63,140 nt of DNA from Alkalispirochaeta sp. Its GTDB lineage: Bacteria; Spirochaetota; Spirochaetia; DSM-27196; Alkalispirochaetaceae. The stretch covers positions 1-63,140 of the forward strand of contig CBDESZ010000011.1 of assembly GCA_965242725.1 (NCBI GenBank). Direction: 5' to 3'. Both the position numbers and the translations under genes were made by a program. This document shows, one piece after another, positions 1-10,233 of this stretch (position 1 is its first letter; the number at the start of each line of letters is the position of its first letter). Under the pieces are notes generated by a model. It saw only the letters and a program-made list of their open reading frames with translations. It was not told the DNA's origin and did no database searches.

Positions 1-740
1 TAGAGCAATCCCAGCCCCAGCAGCAGGGGAAAGACGGAATACATGGCTTCGTCACTCCCCGCTTGAACGATCTGCCCGATCATCAGGACGGCCAGAACCG
101 TTCCCAGGCCGGTCAGAATCACTCCCACGAGACCGTTCCCCCTGTACGTTCCGGAATAGAGAATATTCGGCATGGGAATTCTCGGGGGCTGCCACGTCCG
201 GAGTTGCCGCTCCCGGAGCGTATTCAGCAGTTCTCTCTTCTTTCTGTCCTGAATCCGGGGTGAGAAAAATCCAAAGAGAAACAGGACGATACCCATGGCG
301 GACGCCGCAATGCCGACGATCAGGGCATCCCGCTTTTCACCGGCCGCTTCGGCGGGGAAATAGTTCAGAGGGACATCTTCCTCTCCGCTGACCAGATAGA
401 GGGAAATGGAATCGCCCGCTTCCCAGCCGATATTCTCGTCCCAGGATACGATCTGCCCCTCCATTTCGTCCCCCTGCCACGTGTATCGCACCGTCCCGTA
501 GGTGTTTACATTCAAGGGGATGTGGGCGTGTTCCGGGTCGGTTGAATCGACGGGAATGTCTTCATACCCAAAGGGTCTCGACTTCTCCACCCTCAGATCC
601 GTTAATACCCCCTCCACCTCGTACACCTCGGGAGCGTTGGCGTACATAAGCGTACCCAGATAGAGTCCTCCAAAGAGAAACAGTGCTCCAATCACGCGAA
701 AGACACGATCCACGGAACTTGCAGTGCTTTTTCCGGTCAT
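1..740 (-). CDS. Hypothetical membrane protein, runs off the left edge (not in the ORF track)
   Basis: Manual translation from ATG 740: MTGKSTASSVDRVFRVIGALFLFGGLYLGTLMY... stays open to position 1, with several hydrophobic segments. Confidence 0.7.
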   Translation of the reverse strand, partial: MTGKSTASSVDRVFRVIGALFLFGGLYLGTLMYANAPEVYEVEGVLTDLRVEKSRPFGYEDIPVDSTDPEHAHIPLNVNTYGTVRYTWQGDEMEGQIVSWDENIGWEAGDSISLYLVSGEEDVPLNYFPAEAAGEKRDALIVGIAASAMGIVLFLFGFFSPRIQDRKKRELLNTLRERQLRTWQPPRIPMPNILYSGTYRGNGLVGVILTGLGTVLAVLMIGQIVQAGSDEAMYSVFPLLLGLGLL

Positions 741-870
741 ACTTGAATTGTACACCATTGCATGGCGTTTCAGGCACAGGCCGCCTGACAGAAGTGTGAC
801 TGTATCGCAGCCACCGGATTTACCGTCGCTTATGTCGATCGGCTGGAATCCCCCGTGTCACACCGAAACA

Positions 871-2736
871 TCACCCGAGCGGCACCCTGTGCAGAAGATA
901 GGGAACACACGCCGCCCCCCAGGCCTGGGGACGACACGCCACGGGGTACGTTACCGGTGGCGCGCCGGGCACGCGGGAGTAACCGGAAATGAGCTCAGGC
1001 ACCCCCTTGCTGCCCTGATTCACGGCAAGGTCGATAATTGCGTCCCGGATTAAGCACGCTTCCTGATGATAGCCGTATTTCTCCAGTCCCGCGGCAATCA
1101 GTGCGTTATCATGGGGCCACACCGAACCGTTGTGGTAGCTTACCGGGTTGTATCGCTTTTCCCCGGCACCGAGGGTTCGTATTCCCCAACCGGACCAGAG
1201 TTCGGGAGAGAAGAGGTTCCTTACCAGAATCGGCAGGGCCCGGTCGTCGACGATCTCCGAGATAAGAAGTTGCCCGGCGTTTGAGTTCTTCACCCGCAAC
1301 GGCTTCTTGTCGCCGTCAAGAGCCATTGCATACATACCAAGATCTTCCTGCCAGAAGGCATCGTGAAAGGCGCGTTTCAGAGATACCGCCTCCCGTTCCC
1401 AGGTTTCGGCACGTTCCTTGTCTCCCAGGGCTTCATAAAAACGCGCCGCCGCCCGGTACGCCCAGTATGCGTATCCCTGAAACTCGCAGGGCGCAACCGG
1501 TCCATGCGCCAGGGAGCCCACGGAGTGACTCATGGAATCGGATGAATCTTTCCACGACTGGGGAACAAGTTCGCCGTCCCGGGTTGCCCCGTACTCCAGA
1601 AATCCGTCCCCGTCCAGGTCCCCCTCGGTGCGAATCCAGTGGAGTGCGGCCTCCCACGTCTGCTTCAGTTCCCGGACGAGAGAGAGGTCACCGGTGGCCG
1701 CAAAGAGTTCGTCCAGCAGAATCACAAAGAGCGGTGTGGCATCGATACTCCCGTAAAAGGGGTAATGCGGCGCGGTACCTATGCGGCTGAGCTCGCCAAA
1801 TCGCATCTCGTGGATAATCTTTCCGGGCTCCTCGTTTCGGTATGTGTCTTTTTTCACGCCCTGATATGCGGCGAGGTATCTGAGAGTTCCCAGGGCGACA
1901 TCATTCCTGAAGGGGATCATCATAAACGCGGCGAGAATGGCATCCCGACCGAATACCGCCCCGTACCAGGGGACACCCGCAGCCGGGACCGGTCCGTGAG
2001 GAGTAAAAAGCAGCAGGGAGCGGAGGTCATCCAACGCTCGTGTCACAGCGGCTTCGGGATAGGTGTTCCTGGATCCCTTTGCGGCCACCGTGAAGGACGA
2101 TCGCCATTCCTGATACGAAATCGGGTCATCCCCGCTCTCACCAAGAAAGGGAGAGTCGATGCGAACCCGGCTGGTCAATGTCCGTCTTTCGCCGGGGGAC
2201 AAATCCAGATCCACGACGATCCGACCCTCGGCAATCGTGTCGGGCTGAGGGGTTACGAAAATCTCAGCGGCGAAGTCCAGCTGATCGGCGGCGTGATATC
2301 TGTATATCAGTCCGCTTTCGGTCTCGAGACGTTCAGGAGAATTCGTCGCCGACGGGGAAAACAATCCCCTGATGACAAAGACATCCGAGAAGTCCGCTTC
2401 CGTCAGAAGTGCGAGGGAGACCTTTTCCGGTTCCAGGGAGGTGTTCTCCACCGTAATTGTGTCCTCAAGTCCGGCAGGCTTCACGATAATACGTCTTTCA
2501 ATGGCAACCGATTGTGCGTCCCCCCGCATACGCGCGTGGTGGGTTACATAGCTGCTGCCGTCGGGGGACGCGGCGAAGAGCCGTTGGAAACCGTCTCCGT
2601 ACTCCCAGCGGTAACGACTGAGATATCGTGTATCCTGGCTGTACAGGCCGTGTTCCCGGGCGTGGGTGTACCCATCGGCATCGGAAACCAGAAACGTATA
2701 GTCCTCTTTCAGGACGATGCTGTTTTCAAGATTCAT
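871..2736 (-). CDS. Amylo-alpha-1,6-glucosidase / glycogen-debranching-enzyme family glycoside hydrolase
   Basis: GDE_N-like start (GLYSQDTRYLS), AAGVPWY..FGRDA, EEPGKIIHE, QSWKDS, YHNGSVWPHDN, ACRPQAW. Confidence 0.88.
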   Translation of the reverse strand: MNLENSIVLKEDYTFLVSDADGYTHAREHGLYSQDTRYLSRYRWEYGDGFQRLFAASPDGSSYVTHHARMRGDAQSVAIERRIIVKPAGLEDTITVENTSLEPEKVSLALLTEADFSDVFVIRGLFSPSATNSPERLETESGLIYRYHAADQLDFAAEIFVTPQPDTIAEGRIVVDLDLSPGERRTLTSRVRIDSPFLGESGDDPISYQEWRSSFTVAAKGSRNTYPEAAVTRALDDLRSLLLFTPHGPVPAAGVPWYGAVFGRDAILAAFMMIPFRNDVALGTLRYLAAYQGVKKDTYRNEEPGKIIHEMRFGELSRIGTAPHYPFYGSIDATPLFVILLDELFAATGDLSLVRELKQTWEAALHWIRTEGDLDGDGFLEYGATRDGELVPQSWKDSSDSMSHSVGSLAHGPVAPCEFQGYAYWAYRAAARFYEALGDKERAETWEREAVSLKRAFHDAFWQEDLGMYAMALDGDKKPLRVKNSNAGQLLISEIVDDRALPILVRNLFSPELWSGWGIRTLGAGEKRYNPVSYHNGSVWPHDNALIAAGLEKYGYHQEACLIRDAIIDLAVNQGSKGVPELISGYSRVPGAPPVTYPVACRPQAWGAACVPYLLHRVPLG

Positions 2737-2748
2737 AAAAGGTAATTC

Positions 2749-3774
2749 TCACTTTCTTCGGCGGGCGGTCGTCTGTCGCGCAATGAGATGTACCGGAAGT
2801 TTCACATGCCGCACGGGATCTCCTACCAGAGCCTCCTGAAGCAGCTCAATCGTTGCCTTTCCAATACCGCCGATATCCTGGCGAATCGTTGTCAGGTTTG
2901 CTCCGATTTCCGGCAGGTCGTCAAATCCGATCACGGAAATGTCCGACGGCACATGCAAACCCGCGTCATTGATTGCACCAATCGCTCCAAGGGCCATCTC
3001 ATCAGACATGGCGGCCACAGCTGAGAACTCCATGCCCCGTTCCAGCGCCTTCCGTACCGCCCGGTAGCCGCCAAGAGCGGTAAACTCTCCGTCAAGAATG
3101 TAGTCGGTGGAGTGCTCAACTCCGGCTTCATCCATCGCTAACCGAAATCCGTTGTAACGATCGTGGTACGCCTGATTATGCATAAAACCGGTGAGATGGA
3201 TGATCCGGGTATGTCCCAGTCTCAGGAGATGGCTCCCGGACTGGTATCCTCCATCATAGTCATCCGACATGATCCAGCGAACGCCGTCACAATGGCCCAG
3301 AAGAACAAAGGGTATATCCCCCTCGATAAGGTACGGTATCCGCGGATCGTCGTCGTGGGCGCCCATGAGGATCATGGCATCTGCCGTCCACTCGGGAAGA
3401 CCGGTCGGGGCGGTCGGTATCTCAATGAACTTGAGTCCCCGCTCCTGAATATCCCGGTTCAAATAATTCAAAAGCAGAACAAAGCCGAATGAGGTGATCC
3501 TGGGACTGCCGCTTCCGACGTTCAATCCGATGGTGGAACCCTGTCCGACTGCGAGCTCCCGGAAGACCATATCGGGTAAATAACCGACGGAGCGCATAGC
3601 CTGGAGGACCTTCTGCTTCGTGTCTTTATGGACGCCTGGACGGTTATTGGCGACGCGGCTTACCGTTCCGATTGACACACCGGCGACGCGGGCAACTTCA
3701 TCCATTGTTGCTTTTCGTTCTTCCTGGGGTTCATCCTGGGGTAGCATGTTCCTGTCCGCGTCGTTGTCAGTCAT
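2749..3774 (-). CDS. LacI family transcriptional regulator
   Basis: TMDEVARVAGVSIGTVSRV HTH; C-terminal VPSDISVIGFDD. Confidence 0.95.
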   Translation of the reverse strand: MTDNDADRNMLPQDEPQEERKATMDEVARVAGVSIGTVSRVANNRPGVHKDTKQKVLQAMRSVGYLPDMVFRELAVGQGSTIGLNVGSGSPRITSFGFVLLLNYLNRDIQERGLKFIEIPTAPTGLPEWTADAMILMGAHDDDPRIPYLIEGDIPFVLLGHCDGVRWIMSDDYDGGYQSGSHLLRLGHTRIIHLTGFMHNQAYHDRYNGFRLAMDEAGVEHSTDYILDGEFTALGGYRAVRKALERGMEFSAVAAMSDEMALGAIGAINDAGLHVPSDISVIGFDDLPEIGANLTTIRQDIGGIGKATIELLQEALVGDPVRHVKLPVHLIARQTTARRRK

Positions 3775-3789
3775 AATCGCTCCGATGGG

Positions 3790-4647
3790 TTACCCTTTGA
3801 TCGAACCGGCAAGGAGCCCCCGGGCAAAGTACTTCTGTAGACCAAAGAATACCCCAAGGGGCAGGATCATTGATATGAAAGCTGCCGCCGTTAACAGCTC
3901 CCAGTCCTGTCCCCGGGAACCAACCAGGTTGGCAATCTTCAGTGTAATTGGCCCCACATCCGGTGATCCGCCTAAAAATATAAGGGCGACGATCAAATCG
4001 TTCCATACCCAGAGGAACTGAAAGATAACGACCGAGGCGAAGGCCGGAATGGAGAGGGGCACAACGAGTCGAAAGAAGATCTGCCCGCTTGTAGCACCGT
4101 CGATCGCCGCCGAGTCAAAGAGGTCGCTCGGCATACCGGCGATGAAATTGTGCAGGATATAGATCATGAGGGGGAGGCCAAACCCGGTGTGGGCAATCCA
4201 TATCCCGAGAAAGGTACCGCTTATACCCAACTGGGTAAATATCCGATAGATCGGGATGAAAGCCATCTGGATCGGTACGACAAGCAGGCCCACCATGATG
4301 AGGAAGAGAAAATCCCTGCCGTAAAAGTCCATCCAGGCAAATGCATACGCGGCAAAACCTGCAATGAGAACTGGAATCACGGTAGCCGGAACGGATATAA
4401 AGAGGCTGTTAATAAAGGCCCGGCCAAGGCCCTGCCGGGTCATGACGGACACATAATTACTCATGGTGTACTGACTGAAGTCAAAAGGCGTCTGAAATAC
4501 GGTCCACCAACCGGATTGCACAACATCTCCGGGAAGCCGGAATGAGGTAACAAACAGGCCCAATGTCGGTAACAGCCACGCAATCGTTACACCTATGATC
4601 ACGATGTGAAGGGGACCTCGTCGGAGGAATAGTCTCAGTTGCTGCAT
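3790..4647 (-). CDS. aglG: Carbohydrate ABC transporter permease (alpha-glucoside AglG-like)
   Basis: LPTLGLFVTSFR..SGWW, EAA-like loop DSAAIDGA, FQFLWVWNDL. Confidence 0.85.
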   Translation of the reverse strand: MQQLRLFLRRGPLHIVIIGVTIAWLLPTLGLFVTSFRLPGDVVQSGWWTVFQTPFDFSQYTMSNYVSVMTRQGLGRAFINSLFISVPATVIPVLIAGFAAYAFAWMDFYGRDFLFLIMVGLLVVPIQMAFIPIYRIFTQLGISGTFLGIWIAHTGFGLPLMIYILHNFIAGMPSDLFDSAAIDGATSGQIFFRLVVPLSIPAFASVVIFQFLWVWNDLIVALIFLGGSPDVGPITLKIANLVGSRGQDWELLTAAAFISMILPLGVFFGLQKYFARGLLAGSIKG

Positions 4648-5516
4648 TATCGTTCCTCCCGTTGTCGCTGAAATCGCTTCACATTGGCAATCATGATCGG
4701 CAGCGTCAGAAACAGCAGTATCACCGCCAGGGAGCTGGCTCTGCCGAAGTGTTGAAACTTGAACATCTCTTTATACATGCGGTTTGCGATCACTTCTGTA
4801 TCGTAGTTCCCATTGGTCATCACATAGACGAAGTCGAAGATCTTCAACACAAACACGATCATCGTCGTTGAAACAACGGCGATCGTAGATCTCAGCAGGG
4901 GAAGAATAATCCGCCAGAAGATCTTCCACTCCGTTGCTCCCTCAACCCGGGCAGACTCTATAAACTGGGCCGGAATATTTTTGTACGCTCCTGAAATGAC
5001 CACCAGGCAGAAGCCGGTCCATATCCACGCGCCCACAAAAATAATGAAGAACGTGTTTATTCCCTGGATTGTGAGCCACGGTTGCGGCTCGCCTCCCAAC
5101 ATTTGAACAAACTTGTTCAGAAGACCGATCTGGGGACTCCCGGCGGGCTTCCAGGCGTATACAAACTTCCAAATGACCGATGCACCCACCATAGAAATCG
5201 CCATAGGCATAAAAAGAATCGACTTTGCCACCCATTCGTACCGCACACGGTCCATCAGCACCGCCATGATCAGACCGATAACGACCGTAAGCATTGTAAA
5301 AAACACCACCCAGAGGGCCATGTTTCGGAAGGAAATAAGCATCTTGCTGTCGGTGAATGCGTATCGGTAGTTAGCCAATCCGACGAAATTTTCGGAGCTC
5401 GCATCAAACAGGGAGAGTATGATCGTCTGTATGGCGGGGTAAACCAGCATAAACGTCAGCAACAATGCGGCCGGCGCTATGTACAACCACGGGGTGGTCT
5501 TATTGGTCATAATCAT
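4647..5516 (-). CDS. aglF: Carbohydrate ABC transporter permease (AglF-like)
   Basis: KSILFMPMAISMVGASVIWKFVY, ESARVEGA, LKIFDFVYVMTNG. Confidence 0.85.
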   Translation of the reverse strand: MIMTNKTTPWLYIAPAALLLTFMLVYPAIQTIILSLFDASSENFVGLANYRYAFTDSKMLISFRNMALWVVFFTMLTVVIGLIMAVLMDRVRYEWVAKSILFMPMAISMVGASVIWKFVYAWKPAGSPQIGLLNKFVQMLGGEPQPWLTIQGINTFFIIFVGAWIWTGFCLVVISGAYKNIPAQFIESARVEGATEWKIFWRIILPLLRSTIAVVSTTMIVFVLKIFDFVYVMTNGNYDTEVIANRMYKEMFKFQHFGRASSLAVILLFLTLPIMIANVKRFQRQREER

Positions 5517-5546
5517 ATCGTCTGGTCCTTCCGGTGGTAGACAACC

Positions 5547-5571
5547 ACGCGGGCCGCCGGGGCCCGCGGAT
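5547..5571 (-). terminator. Intercistronic stem-loop after the binding-protein gene
   Basis: CGCGGGCC...GGCCCGCG inverted repeat between the SBP and permease genes. Confidence 0.4.
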
Positions 5572-5581
5572 TGTCCCGCAT

Positions 5582-6844
5582 CTAGTACGCCTCGTCGGCG
5601 CTCTGTTCGATCATTTCCAGGACGTCGTCGAGATCCTGGCCGTTTACGTAATCCATTATCCCCGTCCAGAACGAACCGGAACCCACGGCGCTGGGCATCA
5701 TGTCCGATCCGTCGAAGCGAAATACCTCGGCCTCAGAGAGAATTTCCGCGGCTTTGCGCGTGATGGGATCGGGATAGATATCGAGAGAAACATTGGTATT
5801 TACCGCGAGCTTGCCGAGTTTCTGCGCCCAGATCTCCTGTGCTTCCGCGGAAGCGAGGAATTCTACCAGGGCCATCGCCTCGGGCGTGTCGTTGAACACA
5901 CTTACCAGGTCTCCTGCGCCAAGCAAGGGAGCACTGTCCTGTCCAGGTCCCGGCGGCAGCGTAAAGACCTGATAGTCCTCGGCTGCTTCCAAATCGGGAT
6001 TCTGGTTCTTGATGAAGCTCTGGATGAATGTGGCCTGACGGTGCATCAACGCCTGGGGCGGGTCCATAAACAACGCCGCCGGAGAATCGCCGAAGTTGGT
6101 TGTCAGCGCGCCTTTCGCGCCACCGTAGACCATATCCTCACGGCGTACTATGGCACCGAATACCTCCCACGCGTTTCGTACGGCATCGCTGGTCCATTCG
6201 ATTTCGTGATTGACCCACTGGTCGTACACATCGGGACCGGCGGTCCTGAGCATGATGTCCTCGATCCAGTCCGTCCCGGGCCAGCCGCTGGCGGAGCCGG
6301 ACTCGAGTCCAACCGCCCACGGCGTGTAACCGTCGCGAACCATTTGACGGCTCAGGTTCGTCAGCTCCTGCATCGTCTCGGGTACGTCGTATCCGTTTTC
6401 TTCAAATACCTTCGGATCGTACCAGACAAGAGACTTCAGGTCCGCCGAAAGGAAGAGTCCGTAGACATTTCCGTTTACACTGGCGAGATCCACGAACGCC
6501 TGGGGATGATCTGCCACGATGGAATCGTTCAAGCTGACCAAAGCTCCCTTCTCGGCAAATTCCTGCATTTGTCCCGGATTCGGGAGTGCGGAAACGTCCG
6601 GGGGATTGCCGGCCGCCACACGAGTGGTCAGGATCGTGGAAATGTCCCGTCCGATCGACTCAACCTGGACATCGATACCCGATTGTTCTTCAAACACCGC
6701 GATCGTATCCTCAAACGCCTGAAGCTCATCACCACTCCAGGTAACCGCCACTGAAACGGTTCCACCTTCTTCCTTGGCGCCGGTTGCAAACACCATGGGC
6801 GTCACAAGAAGCAATGCAATGAAAATAACGGGTAGTCTTTTCAT
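5582..6844 (-). CDS. aglE: Carbohydrate ABC substrate-binding protein (AglE-like)
   Basis: Start MKRLPVIF after a GGAGG RBS; KSLVWY, GLESGSASGWPGTDWIED, RFDGSDMMP motifs. Confidence 0.88.
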   Translation of the reverse strand: MKRLPVIFIALLLVTPMVFATGAKEEGGTVSVAVTWSGDELQAFEDTIAVFEEQSGIDVQVESIGRDISTILTTRVAAGNPPDVSALPNPGQMQEFAEKGALVSLNDSIVADHPQAFVDLASVNGNVYGLFLSADLKSLVWYDPKVFEENGYDVPETMQELTNLSRQMVRDGYTPWAVGLESGSASGWPGTDWIEDIMLRTAGPDVYDQWVNHEIEWTSDAVRNAWEVFGAIVRREDMVYGGAKGALTTNFGDSPAALFMDPPQALMHRQATFIQSFIKNQNPDLEAAEDYQVFTLPPGPGQDSAPLLGAGDLVSVFNDTPEAMALVEFLASAEAQEIWAQKLGKLAVNTNVSLDIYPDPITRKAAEILSEAEVFRFDGSDMMPSAVGSGSFWTGIMDYVNGQDLDDVLEMIEQSADEAY

Positions 6845-6869
6845 TCTCTCTTCCTCCTTTACAGATATA

Positions 6870-6915
6870 TGGAAAATCTTGCAAATTATTGTAACACCTC
6901 GCAACGGGAATGCAA
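6870..6915 (-). promoter_or_regulatory. Sigma70-type promoter with a possible LacI operator
   Basis: Minus strand TTGCAT-16-TACAAT (extended TG), followed by the imperfect palindrome TGCAAGATTTTCCA. Confidence 0.5.
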
Positions 6916-6949
6916 GTGAGAATTTGACCAATTTCGGCCGGAGTTTCAT

Positions 6950-7600
6950 TTACGGCGACGCTCACGGGATATCCGTTTCCGATTCCCTTCCCGATCGCGC
7001 TGAGATCGGGGTCAATGTCGTAATGCTGATATCCGAACCACTTCCCAGTCCGTCCCGTACCGGTCGTCACCTCGTTGACGAGAGCCTTGCCGCCGTCTTC
7101 CCGTACGATTGCAACGACATTCTGAATCATCGCCTTTGGAGCAAAACGAACGTACCCGGAAGCGCTCCCCGGTTCAAAAATGAACTCCGATACTCCTGAC
7201 GGTATCTGTTTCAACATGTCGCATGTATTCCTGCACCGCTCCTGCTCCCCGCAGGAACGGCACGCCGTCCAGTCAAGCTGGAACCATCCCCTTCTTCTAT
7301 CACTGACGGAGCTATAGGCACCGAGATAGGAGTCGGACAGAGTCATCGAGATTTCGTTTCCCGTAATTTGTTTCGCGATCTGCCGTCCAATCTCAATCGC
7401 ATCACTTCCGGAACAGAGAAATACACATTTCCCATCCTTCATTCCGACGATATCCAGGACACGCCTTGCGGCCAGATCCACAATGGGACTTGAGTAGCAG
7501 AATCCCGCCTGGACGACGGCGTCAGTCTGCTCGCGTATGGCGCTGTTTATTCATTCGTACCCGTGTCCAATTGTAGACGTATTCCATACACGGGAGTGTA
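6950..7600 (-). pseudogene. Class III (PLP) aminotransferase remnant
   Basis: VWNTSTIGHGYE*INSAIREQ (in-frame TGA), SGSDAIE, FIFEP, NEVTTGTGRTG, IGKGIGNGYP; truncated just after the PLP lysine. Confidence 0.75.
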
Positions 7601-7695
7601 CACGGTGATTGGCATGGCACCGATTGTTATCGTACGTACTGGTCGGCCGATGCTATCCGGGCATAACGGCGAAACTCGTTCGGGTGGTGACACCG

Positions 7696-8481
7696 TCAGG
7701 TAATCCGCGTCTGCAGCCGCCCCGACGCAACCATAGTGACGTATCCGGAGACGATGACGCTTTTCATACTGGATCTGCTTCCCTGTACTCTGACCGACAT
7801 TTCACTCGGTCGACCCACGAAAGATCCCTGTCGTATCGTCGTCTCTGTCTCAACTTCCAGGTAGGAATGGTGGCACAAGTATGCGGCCGTCGGTCCGGCG
7901 GCGCTGCCGGTCGCGATATCCTCAACCGTTCCGGCGTTGTCCCACGTTCGACCTTCCCTTTCGTCCACGTCATAGACGTAGACAAACTTCGCACCGAACT
8001 GAGACAGAAACTCCTCAAAACCGGGAATGGCGATCGCGCTCCTGTCGAGCCCCGTTTTAAGAGGAACAATCAAGTACGGAAGTCCCGTGGAGACAACCTG
8101 CATTGGAAGATCAGGATGCAGGTCGGCTTCCGTAAGGGAGAGACTTCCGGCGATCTCTTTATACCGGGTCCGGTCGATTACGGGACCGAGCACAGGTCGG
8201 GGCTGTTCCATTGAGCTGCGGAACCTTCCCGGCCCGACCTTCTCGGTTACCACGGAAATCCGCCCGGCAGGGACGTTCAGCCTCCAGGTTTCCCTGTCTC
8301 CAGTCGAGTGGAGATCATGCAGGACCGCCGCGCCGCCCAGCAACGGATGTCCCGCAAAATCGAGTTCTTCTTCCATCGTGAAAATCCGTGCCTCGTATTG
8401 ATTGTGTCCACGGAGACTCGACAGAAACAGCGACTCGAACTGCCGTGTTTCCACGGCAATGCTTTGCATCAGTTCCCGCAT
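7696..8481 (-). CDS. PhzF family isomerase, apparently lacking the N-terminal ~30 aa
   Basis: RIFTMEEELDFAGHP, VVSTGLP, EDIATGSAAG, QGSFVGRPS; no DVF..GN N-terminus found in frame upstream. Confidence 0.8.
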   Translation of the reverse strand: MRELMQSIAVETRQFESLFLSSLRGHNQYEARIFTMEEELDFAGHPLLGGAAVLHDLHSTGDRETWRLNVPAGRISVVTEKVGPGRFRSSMEQPRPVLGPVIDRTRYKEIAGSLSLTEADLHPDLPMQVVSTGLPYLIVPLKTGLDRSAIAIPGFEEFLSQFGAKFVYVYDVDEREGRTWDNAGTVEDIATGSAAGPTAAYLCHHSYLEVETETTIRQGSFVGRPSEMSVRVQGSRSSMKSVIVSGYVTMVASGRLQTRIT

Positions 8482-8600
8482 GCAGTAACTGTAGCGTATT
8501 TTGGAATCTTCGGCACGGACTTCGGATACACAAGGGACCCCGTAATCATTCCTGCCGCGTCAGCACTACCGGGTGGAACCAATGTCGCCGCACACATCGC

Positions 8601-9215
8601 TTACACGCCCGCCGGCTTTGTAAATACCGCCGCGCGGAAAGGTCCTTCGGAGAATGACGGCTGTTCCGCCGGCTCGAATCCGGCAGACACGACGGCGGCG
8701 GTCCATTCCTCGGGAGATTTCAGATTGAGATACCGCACAAACGTCTTACCCTCAACCTCCATTTCATGCAGCCCGTTGTAGGTACCGCTCATGAACACTG
8801 AAAGGAAGGCTCCACCGGGTCGGAGGATTCGAAGCAAGTTCTTGAATATCGATACGAGCTCTTTGTCGGTAAAATGGAACAGGACCGCCGCTTCAACGAT
8901 TCCGTCAAATGATTCTTCCGGGAAGTCGAGTTTCCGAATATCCATATTGAGAAATGTCGCCCACGGTACATACTCTCTCGCAATGTCCAGGGAAGCTGTG
9001 CTGAGGTCGATACCGGTCACTGTCGCGCCGAGGTTGACCAGTCTTTTTGATTCGGTACCCGGACCGCATCCGAGGTCAAGAACGGCGGGGTTACCCGGCA
9101 AGCGCCGTAATAAGTTTTGGAGGAGCGGAAGCAGCAGATCATTTGTCTTCCACTCATCAAAATAGGCTCGCACATGTGAGTCGTAGAACTCGATTGTCTT
9201 TTCGGTATTCATCAT
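8601..9215 (-). CDS. Class I SAM-dependent methyltransferase
   Basis: VLDLGCGPG, TGIDLS, FDGI, LRPGG. Confidence 0.88.
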   Translation of the reverse strand: MMNTEKTIEFYDSHVRAYFDEWKTNDLLLPLLQNLLRRLPGNPAVLDLGCGPGTESKRLVNLGATVTGIDLSTASLDIAREYVPWATFLNMDIRKLDFPEESFDGIVEAAVLFHFTDKELVSIFKNLLRILRPGGAFLSVFMSGTYNGLHEMEVEGKTFVRYLNLKSPEEWTAAVVSAGFEPAEQPSFSEGPFRAAVFTKPAGV

Positions 9216-9318
9216 GCACCCCGTTCGTGCGATCCCGTTGCCGCCGCCGAGGATCAACCCGCCTTTTTTTTTCAGTCTATCATATTCCCGCAATAGGATC
9301 GTTTTGATATTCTACCCG

Positions 9319-10233
9319 GTGATACATCCTGCCGTTATCAATCAGCATTCAAAAGCGGTGCTCCAGGCGATCGTGGTTACCCTTCTCTGGTCGTCGTCCT
9401 GGATACTGGTCAAGTATGGTCTCGATGCAATCCCTCCGTTGACGTTTGCGGGATTACGTTACTCAATCGCGTTCCTCGTTCTGATCCCATTTGCCATGCG
9501 GTCCCCTTCCCGGACGGGGTTGAAGAAGCTCGGGGCCAAAGGCTGGGGAATCCTGGTCGTTCTCGGGATCGTATTCTACTCATTCACCCAGGGAGCGCAG
9601 TTCGTCGCGCTTTCCTATCTTCCGGCACAGGTCACGAGTCTTTTTCTGAGTTTCACGCCGATTGCCGTTGCGATCGGTTCCGGCATTTTTCTGAATGAGA
9701 AACCCCGCCTGGTTCAGTTCGCCGGGACGTGCGGGTATCTTGTCGGCGCTTTCCTGTTTCTCCTGCCCCTGTCCGGTTCATCGGGCCGGATTGTCGGTTT
9801 TGTCGTGGCGGGGATCGCCGTTCTGTCAAATGCGACCGCTTCGATTCTCGGTCGATATGTAAACCGCTCCCTTGGACTGTCCCCGATTATTGTGACCACA
9901 ACGACGATGGGCATAGGCGGCATCATCCTGCTGGTCGGAGGCATTTCGGCACAGGGTTTCCCCGCTCTTTCCCGGGAGCACTATCTCATCATTCTGTGGC
10001 TGTCGATTATCAACACCGCCTTCGCCTTTACCATGTGGAATGCATCACTTGTTCATCTCTCCGCGCTTGAATCAAGTCTCATTAACAACACGATGTTAAT
10101 TCAAATAGCGATTCTCGCATGGGTATTTCTGGGCGAATCCCTGAACGGCCGCCGGATTCTCGCCCTTGGAATTGCGGCGATATCTATCGCCGTTGTCCAG
10201 CTGTTTTCTCCGCGACGATCATGCCGATACTGA
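9319..10233 (+). CDS. DMT/EamA family transporter (start uncertain)
   Basis: LLWSSSWILVKYGL..IPPLTFAGLRY; about 10 TM helices; FLGE motif. Confidence 0.88.
   Translation: MIHPAVINQHSKAVLQAIVVTLLWSSSWILVKYGLDAIPPLTFAGLRYSIAFLVLIPFAMRSPSRTGLKKLGAKGWGILVVLGIVFYSFTQGAQFVALSYLPAQVTSLFLSFTPIAVAIGSGIFLNEKPRLVQFAGTCGYLVGAFLFLLPLSGSSGRIVGFVVAGIAVLSNATASILGRYVNRSLGLSPIIVTTTTMGIGGIILLVGGISAQGFPALSREHYLIILWLSIINTAFAFTMWNASLVHLSALESSLINNTMLIQIAILAWVFLGESLNGRRILALGIAAISIAVVQLFSPRRSCRY

Noticed and set aside
1639..2745. Long opposite-strand ORFs (also 5534-6754, 11467-12426, 27177-28010, 30064-30888, 33096-34172)
   Set aside because: Antisense shadows of well-supported genes in GC-rich DNA, with no motifs
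6729..7481. Intact 250-aa ORF from the track
   Set aside because: It is an aminotransferase fragment reading on through the agl promoter out of context
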